From IMG/VR virus record IMGVR_UViG_3300024346_000012: a stretch of DNA of 64,000 bases. One strand, written 5' to 3'. Position numbers and translations under genes: made by a program. This DNA comes from a virus. Positions within the stretch are counted from its first letter, which is position 1; every line of letters begins with the position of its first letter. Under the pieces are notes generated by a model. It had not been told where the DNA came from, searched no databases, and worked only from the letters and a program-made list of their open reading frames with translations. This document shows positions 46,135 to 55,787 of the stretch, in pieces.

Positions 46135-47006
46135 GATGGATCACCAAATGGATTAGATTCTGAGAAATCTAAGAAACCATCTCCAATTGTATCGAAGTCT
46201 GAGTTTTGTTCATTGTTAGATATATTATTTTCTTCTGTCACAGCTTCAATCAAAACACTACCATTTATACTGTTAATACTTCTTCCACTTACGAATGTAT
46301 GCAAATTACCTGGATCATTTGATCCTACACCTACAAGTGAAAGTGATCGAGTAGATTCTTTCCAATACGATACTTCGCCATACATTACAGTTCCGTCTGC
46401 CAATGTCTGAGTTACTTCTTCTCCTACCTCAAAATTAACATCGGTATTTGCAGTTCTTACATTGTATGTATAAGAATATTCTCTTTCTATATCGTCAATT
46501 TCTTCAACACCAGTGTCCATAATTTCGCCTGAATATTCGAATAGTTCACACCTCAGTTTAAAAACCGGTAGATTGCTCAACTGATAAAACGGCGATTCGT
46601 GTTCTACAGCCATCACTTGAAACAATTTTTTAGTTAGTCCTAAATATATGAGGTCTCCTTCAAAGGGCCTTGAGCCCTCAACCTCATTATCATATCTAGC
46701 TACAAGCTGTTTCCATCTTCTTCGAGATACCACAAACGTGGCTTGATCTCTAATTTCTACACCAAATTTTGTAAAAAGATCACCTTCTCCGTCAAAGCCC
46801 TCAATGTTTTCAATGTACATTTCAATTCTATGAGATGAATTAAACTGAGAAGGTATATCGTCGCTAAGAATCCTATCTTCTTCAAGAATATCTCTGGGTA
46901 TATAATACACGTCTTGACCGTACATCCTAAGAGATTCTATTACTAGATCCTCATAAAGATTTTGTTCCGATCTTACTTTTTGACTAAAATAAAAATTAGT
47001 TGCCAT
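46131..47006 (-). CDS. gp14: Neck protein (gp14)
   Basis: EQ.L.EDL.IES..YG, KFG.EIRD, RP.EGDLIY, DFSE.NPFG. Confidence 0.93.
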   Translation of the reverse strand: MATNFYFSQKVRSEQNLYEDLVIESLRMYGQDVYYIPRDILEEDRILSDDIPSQFNSSHRIEMYIENIEGFDGEGDLFTKFGVEIRDQATFVVSRRRWKQLVARYDNEVEGSRPFEGDLIYLGLTKKLFQVMAVEHESPFYQLSNLPVFKLRCELFEYSGEIMDTGVEEIDDIEREYSYTYNVRTANTDVNFEVGEEVTQTLADGTVMYGEVSYWKESTRSLSLVGVGSNDPGNLHTFVSGRSINSINGSVLIEAVTEENNISNNEQNSDFDTIGDGFLDFSESNPFGDPS

Positions 47007-47009
47007 GAG

Positions 47010-47762
47010 TTATCCTACGAAAAAATCTGCAGGAAGCTCGTGTTCTAATCTAATTCTTTCTCTTAGTTTTTCTATTTCTTGCATAGCGTCTTCATATATC
47101 TGTCTACCGTTGATCTGTACTCCGCCAGGCAACTGCATCCCATCAAACTTCATTAAGTTAGTACCCCACTGCCTTTTAACCAGAGCTACAGCATATTCTT
47201 TTAGCCAAATATCATTCCATATACTTGAAAATGTATTTTCATCTATATAGGCATATGCCTCTAAAATTATATAATCTCCTTCAAGAAGATCTTTATCTTC
47301 AATTTCTCCACGTATATAGAGTCTATACTGTCTACGAACAAAATTTACTTGAGGCGTTCCAGTTAGTTGCATATCTAAAAGCGATAGGTACTGCTGCATC
47401 TGCTCATAATATCCAAGATCTCCGATATAAGAATGCAAATCAGCAATGTCATTCAGATGCATCTGGTATTTTATATCAAAGAAATTTCTTGATGAAGTAG
47501 TGCTTGACCCTGGACTAAACATTCGAACGACATGAAGAGTATCACTTGGTACAGTAACAAACTTGTTGGTAATATCTTCTGCTGTTAACTGATGTTTGAT
47601 ATAAGTTCTATGGACAGCATCAGAGTGGTACTCTCTCCAATACGCAAGAGCTTCATCTATGCGGTCATCTAGCTGCTGTTCTTCAACATTTATCTCGATT
47701 ACAGGATCGCCTAAATCTCTTTTTATATAGTCTATAAATTCGTCTCTGCTATTAATTGCCAT
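47010..47762 (-). CDS. gp13: Neck protein (gp13)
   Basis: LG.PVIEINV, WLKEY..AL.K.QWG.NL.KF.G.QLPGGV..NG; late promoter at 47793-47800. Confidence 0.94.
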   Translation of the reverse strand: MAINSRDEFIDYIKRDLGDPVIEINVEEQQLDDRIDEALAYWREYHSDAVHRTYIKHQLTAEDITNKFVTVPSDTLHVVRMFSPGSSTTSSRNFFDIKYQMHLNDIADLHSYIGDLGYYEQMQQYLSLLDMQLTGTPQVNFVRRQYRLYIRGEIEDKDLLEGDYIILEAYAYIDENTFSSIWNDIWLKEYAVALVKRQWGTNLMKFDGMQLPGGVQINGRQIYEDAMQEIEKLRERIRLEHELPADFFVG

Positions 47763-47804
47763 CGCGACCTCTGAAGCTAAAATTCTTAGTGTTATTTATA
47801 ATAG

Positions 47805-50801
47805 TTATAATCTACTAAAGTAATAGTCTTTGTCAAATTCATTTTCTACTTTAGAAATAAGCTTAAATTCCATATCAACTAGATGTTGAAGTATGTTATC
47901 CGTATCAGGTTGGTCATTTAAAATTCTAACTACAACTTCTTCGCATTTTTCTAACACCAGTGTTGATCCATTTAGTATTTCTAACTCCTTTTTTCGTGAG
48001 TCAATTCTAATACATTTAGGGAATTCGATGAGATGCTGAGGAATAAGTATGTCTAGAGACGCGTCATTGCAATTTTCTAGTAGCAAAGTCTTTTGATCAT
48101 TAGATGTACTATATAAGTTATCTCCTTCAATATCATATGTAAGTTTTTTAACTTCTAGTGCTTCTTTTTCTTCAGAAGCCATCATAGACCCTACCTTAAA
48201 ATTGTGCTTGCCAATATGGTCACATATAATACTTGTATCTGCGTATAATTTAAACCTATTCTCTTTTGCCTTCATGCAAAAATATACATCTTCAGATAAA
48301 GTTTGTGAGTGATCTAATGCAGAAGAATACACAAAATGCGGATAATCTATATTTTTAAATACCTCACTCTTTATAAGAGCGCACCCTAAACCAAATGCAT
48401 CAACCTCAATTACACTATTCTGGGGTAGTTCATTTGTTTGGTAGTTTAAATGACGTCCATCTTTCAAGTAATATAATTCACTAGTTTGCTTATCATGGAA
48501 TCTTTGAATATAAACACCACTTACCGCATCTTTATTGTAGGATAGCATTTTAGTAAGGGCATCTTTAGGCACAATAATATCGCTATCAATGCTAAATAGG
48601 TAATCAAACTTTTTAGCCCAGTCCGCAATTAGATTCCTAATTTGATCTATTTGATAGCCATAGAAAAACTCAAAGTGCGTTTCATATCCTTCGGGGACAG
48701 ACATATTATAGATTGATCTAAATGTGTCGGGCTCAATTCCAGCATTAGTAGGAATTGCTATCAGTATTTTTTTAGTTTCATTCATTGTTGTATTATTCTC
48801 TATAAGAGGAATCTTTTCATAAGACCGATTAGCGTTTATATTTTGTTCTTCGGAATTCACTTTATAATCATTCAGCGGGTTTAGATCATTGTAGTAGCAG
48901 AATATCTCTTTAACTGCCTTTATTCTTTGCCACTCGACTTTTTCAATTAGCTCATAAAATAACGGATTATCAGCTCCGCTGGTAATGTAATTTCCATCAT
49001 CATCTTTAAATCGGCTAGTAGGAATATCCCAAAAATATTCTGCTGCGCATGTTCTTAAGTGGGTATAAGGAATTTTCCAATTAAATAGATGGTCTCTATA
49101 TGTTCTTTCCTTCTTAACTTCTACAGGATAGTCCTGCGCTATTAGCGGAATACCGTCAGCAAGACTCCAGCATGACCCATAAGTAAATCTAAACCCTTGA
49201 TGATATACCTCGTTATAGTAATTAAAAATACTATTATTACTTACTAGAAAATCATCACCATCCAATAGCATTACAATATCACCACGCTTACAGTGTTTAC
49301 TAATAACATGAAGCTGATTAGCGATGCATCCCTTTCTAACTACGTTATCTATTATAATCCTTTGGTCATTCTCAAACTTTTTAAGAACATCGGCGCTTCC
49401 ATCATCAGAAGCATCATTTATCATAATATGCAGATAGTTATCATAATCTTGTTGATCAATAGATTCGCAGTGAGTTTGTAAATATCTTTCAGCGTTTCTA
49501 AAAGGAGAAATTATAACTATTCTTTTTTCAACACTTGTTTTTCTTAATACTTGCCTTTCAATTTCATTTAAAAATGTTTTATTAAAAACTCTGTTCACTT
49601 TATCGTTAATATACTGCGCTTTTTTATATTCATTTACATTTAGATATTTTTCTAATTTAAAATATATTTGCTGTTTCCATTGTATAGCTACGCTGCTCCA
49701 ACTATGAATATCATCAAGTACACCGCAATAGGATCTTTTTTGAGATAACAAGTAGTCGTCGCTGTAAGCATTAATTACTAAATCTACAAAAAGATCTGAC
49801 TGCGCTTCTTCATTAATATTAGGAAATAAGCTATTTGGTACCGAAGCATAATCTATTTTATAACATGCTAAGTCTAAAGCCGTAGATTCTAAAGCACCAA
49901 AGTTACACGTAATAACAGGCGTATTATATAACAAACTTTCTAAAGTTGATATACCGAATGTTTCAGGAAAGTCAGTGGGATATAACATAAATCCAGCTTT
50001 TTGTAGTATATTAGCTATTAGATTTTGATTAATAACGCCAGTAAATGTAACATCTAATGCTGGATCTATACTTTCTTTAAATGCTTCTAGATCTTTTTCT
50101 TGAGCATCAGGCTCAGCACCCTCTCTAAATCTATAGTAACCACCTATCACTGTTAGCTTGGCTTCAGGTATTTTTTCTTTTACTTTGGGCCAGATGTGAT
50201 TTAGTAAAGGCTTTAATCCTTTTGTTACAGAAGCATTATAAACGAAATGATTTTTTTCTTTATGTGCTAAACTATCGTTATCTTCGATTCTTTTGACAGC
50301 ACCGTTTCTTGTTTGGAATATTTTATTTTTTAATACTTCAAAATTTCTTTTAGCGCCATGTTCACAGTTTAAAACATAGTTAGTGTGAAAATCTGATAAG
50401 GTAAATAGCTGGTCTACTATTCCTTGATTAAGCATCGTTTCAATGTGCTCATCACCCTCACAAAAGGTATCATGCATCCATATTACTTTATAGCTCGCCC
50501 GGCTACACATTTCTGCGTACTTATGACCAGCAAAAAATGGAAAAACTGATCTAGAAGATATTACTACGTCGTAAAACTCAGTAGCATCTGCTGAATCGTG
50601 GTCTACATATTTTACACCACTATAAGTGCCAGGGCTAGCTTGAGAATCTTCACAGTTGTTAAAAACTGTAACATCAAAACCTAGTCTTTGTAACTCTGCA
50701 GACATAAGAATTACAGCAGATTCAGAACCACCTAATCCTCTAGATCCGAGAGTATATCCATCATAAGTTAAACCTAATAAATCAATAATCGCAATTTTCA
50801 T
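47805..50801 (-). CDS. Multidomain glycosyltransferase (GT-B/GT4 + GT-A/GT2 + GT-A + degenerate C-terminal domain)
   Basis: GLGGSE, WMHD, ETFGISTLE (GT4); LDGDD (GT2); IDSD, G.GCALIK, SEDVYFC (second GT-A); late promoter TATAAATA at 50834-50841. Confidence 0.88.
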   Translation of the reverse strand: MKIAIIDLLGLTYDGYTLGSRGLGGSESAVILMSAELQRLGFDVTVFNNCEDSQASPGTYSGVKYVDHDSADATEFYDVVISSRSVFPFFAGHKYAEMCSRASYKVIWMHDTFCEGDEHIETMLNQGIVDQLFTLSDFHTNYVLNCEHGAKRNFEVLKNKIFQTRNGAVKRIEDNDSLAHKEKNHFVYNASVTKGLKPLLNHIWPKVKEKIPEAKLTVIGGYYRFREGAEPDAQEKDLEAFKESIDPALDVTFTGVINQNLIANILQKAGFMLYPTDFPETFGISTLESLLYNTPVITCNFGALESTALDLACYKIDYASVPNSLFPNINEEAQSDLFVDLVINAYSDDYLLSQKRSYCGVLDDIHSWSSVAIQWKQQIYFKLEKYLNVNEYKKAQYINDKVNRVFNKTFLNEIERQVLRKTSVEKRIVIISPFRNAERYLQTHCESIDQQDYDNYLHIMINDASDDGSADVLKKFENDQRIIIDNVVRKGCIANQLHVISKHCKRGDIVMLLDGDDFLVSNNSIFNYYNEVYHQGFRFTYGSCWSLADGIPLIAQDYPVEVKKERTYRDHLFNWKIPYTHLRTCAAEYFWDIPTSRFKDDDGNYITSGADNPLFYELIEKVEWQRIKAVKEIFCYYNDLNPLNDYKVNSEEQNINANRSYEKIPLIENNTTMNETKKILIAIPTNAGIEPDTFRSIYNMSVPEGYETHFEFFYGYQIDQIRNLIADWAKKFDYLFSIDSDIIVPKDALTKMLSYNKDAVSGVYIQRFHDKQTSELYYLKDGRHLNYQTNELPQNSVIEVDAFGLGCALIKSEVFKNIDYPHFVYSSALDHSQTLSEDVYFCMKAKENRFKLYADTSIICDHIGKHNFKVGSMMASEEKEALEVKKLTYDIEGDNLYSTSNDQKTLLLENCNDASLDILIPQHLIEFPKCIRIDSRKKELEILNGSTLVLEKCEEVVVRILNDQPDTDNILQHLVDMEFKLISKVENEFDKDYYFSRL

Positions 50802-50849
50802 AATTAATCCTACATTGTAAAAAATATCAGTGTTATTTATATGGTCTTT

Positions 50850-52040
50850 TTATGGATTACCATAGTACTGGTTTGCTGTGGTTCCAGAAGGTAGACTATT
50901 GACCGTTTCATAGAGAGGCGCGGTAAAGCTACTTGGATAGCCGCCTGCTATTTGAGTCGCTATAACTACTGCGCCTGATCCGCCATATCCGTTATAGCTA
51001 GAACCTGAGGTAAAATCGTCATCGTCAGCTCCTCCTCCGCCGCCATAGTTTCCTCCGTCAGATGTAGCTGAGCCATTAAATCCATTCGCCCCGCCTGAAC
51101 CTCCTGCCCCGGGGTTCCCAGCTGACCCAGCAGAACCAGAGCTGCCTTGACCGTATATACCTACTCCGCCACCGCCACCGCAATTCGAATTCGTACTACC
51201 GCCTCCGCCTCCGCCACCTCCACCGCCACTGGTACCGTCTGTGTTGTTATTCCCATACGCACCAATCCCTCCGTTGCCTGAATATCCAGCTGCTCCTCCT
51301 CCGGCTCCTCCAGCATTATTATATGCCCATCTGCCTCCCCGGCCGCCAGTTGCGCCGCCCTGCGAAAAACCACTACTAGACATATTTACTGAACTAAAAG
51401 AAAATGACAACGGCAGTCTTGCCCCGCCCTGGGCCGCTTGAGTAGTAGTTCCGGTACCGCTGCTGCCAGCAGGCGTTCCGCCTTGGCCACCTTCGGCTGC
51501 ACATGCGTTAACTCCATTTAATTTGATACCGCTCGATCCTCCACAACTACCTGCGCTTGTAGTACCAGCATTTATCGTAATTCCAGGCATTCCTACAAAT
51601 ATTTGGCACGATGTAGCAGCTGTAAGAGTAAAATTGATATATGCAAGGACGCCTCCACCACCTCCGCCGCCTCCACGGTTTGATCCAGTTCCTGCTGCCC
51701 CTCCTCCGGCGCCTATACATAAAACCATATAACTAGCAGGTTCAAGCGTAACAGTTTGGGTATAAGACCATCCAATGTTGGCAGTAATAGTTCCAGCGGC
51801 CTGTAAAGCTTGATGTCTAGTATTACGTGGATCGGCTACATCATACACGGTGAAGGACAGACTAGAACCTGCATAAGAAGCGAACCTGTCTGCGTAGTCA
51901 AAGTCAGAAATAAATTTAGTATTAAACGACCCGCCAATTTCACCGCGGTTCATAGTATAGTGAGGATTTAAATCTTGTCTTAAGCTATCTATTGCAGAAA
52001 TAACATTTCCGCGTGAGCCCCATCTATAATTAACTGTCAT
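50850..52040 (-). CDS. Glycine-rich tail fibre/adhesin-like protein
   Basis: VLCIGAGGG...GGGGG, GGGAAGYSG, YGGGG, GGSGAVVI glycine-rich domain pattern. Confidence 0.75.
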   Translation of the reverse strand: MTVNYRWGSRGNVISAIDSLRQDLNPHYTMNRGEIGGSFNTKFISDFDYADRFASYAGSSLSFTVYDVADPRNTRHQALQAAGTITANIGWSYTQTVTLEPASYMVLCIGAGGGAAGTGSNRGGGGGGGGVLAYINFTLTAATSCQIFVGMPGITINAGTTSAGSCGGSSGIKLNGVNACAAEGGQGGTPAGSSGTGTTTQAAQGGARLPLSFSFSSVNMSSSGFSQGGATGGRGGRWAYNNAGGAGGGAAGYSGNGGIGAYGNNNTDGTSGGGGGGGGGGSTNSNCGGGGGVGIYGQGSSGSAGSAGNPGAGGSGGANGFNGSATSDGGNYGGGGGADDDDFTSGSSYNGYGGSGAVVIATQIAGGYPSSFTAPLYETVNSLPSGTTANQYYGNP

Positions 52041-52063
52041 TTTCTATTCCTTATTATGATACT

Positions 52064-52831
52064 CTAAGATATTACTCTAAGATATATATCAAGAGTGCCT
52101 ATTGTCGCGCCATACATACCAAGCACTGCATTAAAGGTGCCGTTATCTACAACAAAAGTAGGAGAATCGCAAATAAAGTCTTTGCTGGGGTACCCTGAAC
52201 CAGAAACCTCTGCGTAAAGATACTGGCTTCCGGCGGCTCCATTGCCGACAAGGCCAGTACCTCCAGAACCTGTACCACCTGCGTCTCGGTTCCAGCGGTT
52301 TGCTGAAGTGCCATTTTGAATAAGGTTGAAAGCAAAGTTTCCTTGATCATAGTTGTCTTTATCCATAGCTGAACTATTCGATTGCGTAGTACGCCAACCT
52401 TCAGCGTTACTTTCAAAACTATAGTTAGTAGAGCCTATAGTGACATTTCCTATTTGGGCATCACCGGTATAACTAGAGCCGCCCGTGTAGTGAAAAATAA
52501 GTCTACAAGTATTACCAATGTAAGTAGTAGCATCATAGGTTTTAGTAAGCCAGGAGGTACCTTGATTACCGGATATTGTATCTATTGTATAATCACCGGG
52601 CGGTGCACCGGTTTTCTGACCGTCGTTATTATTGTACCAATATCCTGCTCCAGAAACATTAGCCGCCATATGAACGCCACCTTCAATAGTCTTATATGCT
52701 ATATTAGACTTATAATTTGTTATACTATGTCTTTGGTCGTCGTCCCAAGGCATTTGGTTCTCGCGCTCGGCCTGCGTCACCTGAGAACCCAAATTAGGCC
52801 TTAGACTTCCTCTTTCAAAATTTACGCTCAT
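52064..52831 (-). CDS. Virion protein with MAM-like domain
   Basis: WNR..GGTGS.GTG....YLYAEVSG...SP...MYGATIGTL motif. Confidence 0.6.
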   Translation of the reverse strand: MSVNFERGSLRPNLGSQVTQAERENQMPWDDDQRHSITNYKSNIAYKTIEGGVHMAANVSGAGYWYNNNDGQKTGAPPGDYTIDTISGNQGTSWLTKTYDATTYIGNTCRLIFHYTGGSSYTGDAQIGNVTIGSTNYSFESNAEGWRTTQSNSSAMDKDNYDQGNFAFNLIQNGTSANRWNRDAGGTGSGGTGLVGNGAAGSQYLYAEVSGSGYPSKDFICDSPTFVVDNGTFNAVLGMYGATIGTLDIYLRVIS

Positions 52832-52841
52832 CTAACTATCC

Positions 52842-53345
52842 TTACTCGACATTATTTACAAGCCCAATTGAATTTTTCGTGAATGTATCAAAATTTATAT
52901 TTCTATAGTATTTATAAACTACAAGCATGTGAGGCAAGACCGCCGTATTATTACTATTAGTAGAAACAGATATATTAGCAGTAACAGTGTTTTGCCCGCC
53001 TTGGCCTAGACCTGGACCTTGGCCTCCACGGAGCCATAACGGAGTATCTCTATCAATTATTTCTATTATCGACCCACCTGGGTGTTCATAGGTACCAAAT
53101 CTATATTCACTTCCGAAATTAGGAGATGGTGAAGAGCCAACGACCTCCAAACCACTTTTTATTTTGTAATCAGCTGAGAAACTAGAGTTTCCTGTAGGGT
53201 TAACAACTCTTACACTCTGAATTTCAAATATACCGCCAAAGGTATTCGATACACCGCGGGATGCAGCATAAAAATACGCCGAAGCTGAAGAATTTCCAGG
53301 AATCAAAACCATTTGAGTTCCAGGTGCAAAATTTACGTTTCCCAT
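52842..53345 (-). CDS. Tail-fibre-associated beta-sandwich protein, paralogue 6
   Basis: HPGGSIIEIIDRDTPLWL; start reset to MGNVNF. Confidence 0.6.
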   Translation of the reverse strand: MGNVNFAPGTQMVLIPGNSSASAYFYAASRGVSNTFGGIFEIQSVRVVNPTGNSSFSADYKIKSGLEVVGSSPSPNFGSEYRFGTYEHPGGSIIEIIDRDTPLWLRGGQGPGLGQGGQNTVTANISVSTNSNNTAVLPHMLVVYKYYRNINFDTFTKNSIGLVNNVE

Positions 53346-53361
53346 TTTTAATTTATCCTTA

Positions 53362-53814
53362 CTACCAGGTTTGCGCGCCGGCGGCGTCTGTAAACTCAAT
53401 AAAACTACAAACAAAATCAAATCGCCTGGAGAAACTCGGCTCACTTTTTTCATTATGCGTAAATACTAGATTATTATATGAATTCGTCGACGCTACATTT
53501 AAATATACTGGACTTCTTCTATCAATTATTATAGCTGTTGTGTCAGGGTATATTTTTACACTCTGTATTATTCTTGTCGAGTTTCCGGTACCGTAGCCCG
53601 CAGACGAGGCTAGGCCAATGCCAATATCAATTACATCATACTGATCATTAGTGTTTGTAGAGGTACCAGTTACGAATAAAGACAGTATACACCTGCTCCT
53701 ATTAGGGTCGCAATTTAAAATTGTTGTCGATGTTGTATTAGCCGCAGTATCGTCATAACTTACTCCAAACGTGGAAAGTTTCATCTGCTTAGCTGCGTAA
53801 AAATTATTTGCCAC
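53362..53814 (-). CDS. Tail-fibre-associated beta-sandwich protein, paralogue 5
   Basis: IYPDTTAIIIDRRSPVYL. Confidence 0.6.
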   Translation of the reverse strand: MANNFYAAKQMKLSTFGVSYDDTAANTTSTTILNCDPNRSRCILSLFVTGTSTNTNDQYDVIDIGIGLASSAGYGTGNSTRIIQSVKIYPDTTAIIIDRRSPVYLNVASTNSYNNLVFTHNEKSEPSFSRRFDFVCSFIEFTDAAGAQTW

Positions 53815-53832
53815 TTAATTATCTTCCTTTAA

Positions 53833-54276
53833 TCAGCCGTTGTACAGTCTTTGAAACGTGTAATTAACATAAAAGTTTGACCAGAGTGAAGTTATTCGCA
53901 TAGATTGAAATTCAGTCATAACTAAAGGCGTTTTCCTATCATTGAGAACTATCTGATCTCCTCCTTGACCAGAGGATGTAGCATACTTAACAATCAAATT
54001 ATTAAACCCATCTTCAATTTCCAAGTCGGCATACGGGGTGTCCAGGCCTACTGATCCCGTTAGATGAGGGTAGTTGCCTGGTTGGGTCACAATTGATCTT
54101 GTGTAGTTTCTGGTTATAGCTATTCTAGAAATAACCCATGTTTCGTTAGATGGTATCATCTTTAAATAATAGCCGCTTGCTGTTCGATAGCCAGCAAAAG
54201 TTTGCATGATAAATGACTTGTTGATGCCAAGACCGTAATTACCAACACTATTTGGTGATGTAACATATTCTGTCAT
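53833..54276 (-). CDS. Tail-fibre-associated beta-sandwich protein, paralogue 4
   Basis: GGDQIVLNDRKTPLVM. Confidence 0.6.
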   Translation of the reverse strand: MTEYVTSPNSVGNYGLGINKSFIMQTFAGYRTASGYYLKMIPSNETWVISRIAITRNYTRSIVTQPGNYPHLTGSVGLDTPYADLEIEDGFNNLIVKYATSSGQGGDQIVLNDRKTPLVMTEFQSMRITSLWSNFYVNYTFQRLYNG

Positions 54277-54800
54277 GTTGATGATGCCCTACTTATCTTT
54301 AAATACGAGCAATGGAAATGCAGCTCTGCAATACCGCCTCCTATATTGTCTTGTACATTTCCTACATACATAGTCCACATTCTTGCGTTAGAACCGCCAA
54401 ATTCGCCACCGAATGTACCATCCATCACATAACCCATTACAATAGGCGCATCTTTTGATATAAGCTGCACAGTTTGATTAGGTCCTATAGTCATCTCTTT
54501 GCACAAAAAACCTTTAGTACTACCTGCATCGCTAACAGTATTAGTGGTACCCACATAAGTTGAAAGCCATACACTCACACCGCCATAAAAATTATTATCG
54601 TCATGATTAAAATTAGTAACAGTAAGATTATTTATTATATACTGATAATTCCAGGAATTAGTACTACCAAAGTCTAATAATCTAGTGCTATTGGTAGTTA
54701 CTAATCGTAAGTTTGTAGACAGCATTTCCGCACTTGCACTGCCAACATTGTAAGTGCCATAGTCAGTAGAAAAGTCGGACTGAGATATAAAATTCGTCAA
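54273..54800 (-). CDS. Tail-fibre-associated beta-sandwich protein, paralogue 3
   Basis: IGPNQTVQLISKDAPIVM. Confidence 0.6.
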   Translation of the reverse strand: MTNFISQSDFSTDYGTYNVGSASAEMLSTNLRLVTTNSTRLLDFGSTNSWNYQYIINNLTVTNFNHDDNNFYGGVSVWLSTYVGTTNTVSDAGSTKGFLCKEMTIGPNQTVQLISKDAPIVMGYVMDGTFGGEFGGSNARMWTMYVGNVQDNIGGGIAELHFHCSYLKISRASST

Positions 54801-55195
54801 TTAGTACTCCTAAACCTATTTGCACATATTGTGTAATTCATAGTTGCAGTTCCGCTTTTTTCAATGTATATAGCTGTACCGTCATGAACAAATATCCTTG
54901 AATCTGTGGTAACTGGTGAGTAACTACCATATACAGGAACCCTTACCTTATAGCACAGATAAGCTCCCGAGCCAGTTGTGAATGCAGAAGTTCCAATAAA
55001 TACTGATATATCTACCTCACTTCCAGACTCATTGTAGATAGTCATATTGAATATATCATATCCGTAATGTATGGTAGCGTTCGATGTAAAGGCTGTAAAA
55101 CTATTACTTGAACTTCTTTCAGCTATCAATACTGGCTTCATATGGTAATTTAACTGATCATTACCGTAGCCATAAAATTCTTGTTTTAACGGCAT
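54797..55195 (-). CDS. Tail-fibre-associated beta-sandwich protein, paralogue 2
   Basis: VPVYGSYSPVTTDSRIFV. Confidence 0.55.
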   Translation of the reverse strand: MPLKQEFYGYGNDQLNYHMKPVLIAERSSSNSFTAFTSNATIHYGYDIFNMTIYNESGSEVDISVFIGTSAFTTGSGAYLCYKVRVPVYGSYSPVTTDSRIFVHDGTAIYIEKSGTATMNYTICANRFRSTN

Positions 55196-55777
55196 TTAAC
55201 CCTCGTTTTCTTGATCTACTATAGCATAACTGCACACTAGATCTACTGAATTCGCGTTATTCATAGTTTTAAACCTCATATATCTAGCGAAACCGACTTT
55301 TTCTCTAGTTACGTATAGCGGAGACATCTTGTTATATAGCACAAAACTTGTTCCTTTAGGTATCCAAAAACTAGTAGGCATTACACTTTTGTCTGTGCCT
55401 CCGGCAAGGCTTGGGCCATTAATGGTAGTACTTATACTTTCTTGTGACGCTGCTTGTTTTTCCCATACCGCATCTATTTCTACCTGTTCGTCAAAATCGC
55501 TGATATTAGTCAGAGTTAAATTTAAAATAACTAGATCAAAATTAACGGATCCTGTATTATGAGAACCATCTACCGGTGAAGCATTTCTATCAGTCGCAAT
55601 GTGTGCTATATTATTTGACGTGCCTCCATGAAATAAATACTTATCGTACGAAGTAGTCAACCTTTGATATACCATATTTAGCCCAATAGCGTGCCTTGTG
55701 GTACTCCCGGGATCAGGCATTGTATAGCCTTCATACCCGGCAAAGTTCCCGGCTTGGTTATATATCGTATGACTCAT
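55196..55777 (-). CDS. Tail-fibre-associated beta-sandwich protein, paralogue 1
   Basis: IPKGTSFVLYNKMSPLYV. Confidence 0.6.
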   Translation of the reverse strand: MSHTIYNQAGNFAGYEGYTMPDPGSTTRHAIGLNMVYQRLTTSYDKYLFHGGTSNNIAHIATDRNASPVDGSHNTGSVNFDLVILNLTLTNISDFDEQVEIDAVWEKQAASQESISTTINGPSLAGGTDKSVMPTSFWIPKGTSFVLYNKMSPLYVTREKVGFARYMRFKTMNNANSVDLVCSYAIVDQENEG

Positions 55778-55787
55778 AACTTATATC

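Noticed and set aside
52060-52085. 13-nt direct duplication (TACTCTAAGATAT x2) at the end of the MAM-like gene
   Set aside because: Only two copies; most simply a local slippage event with no evident function
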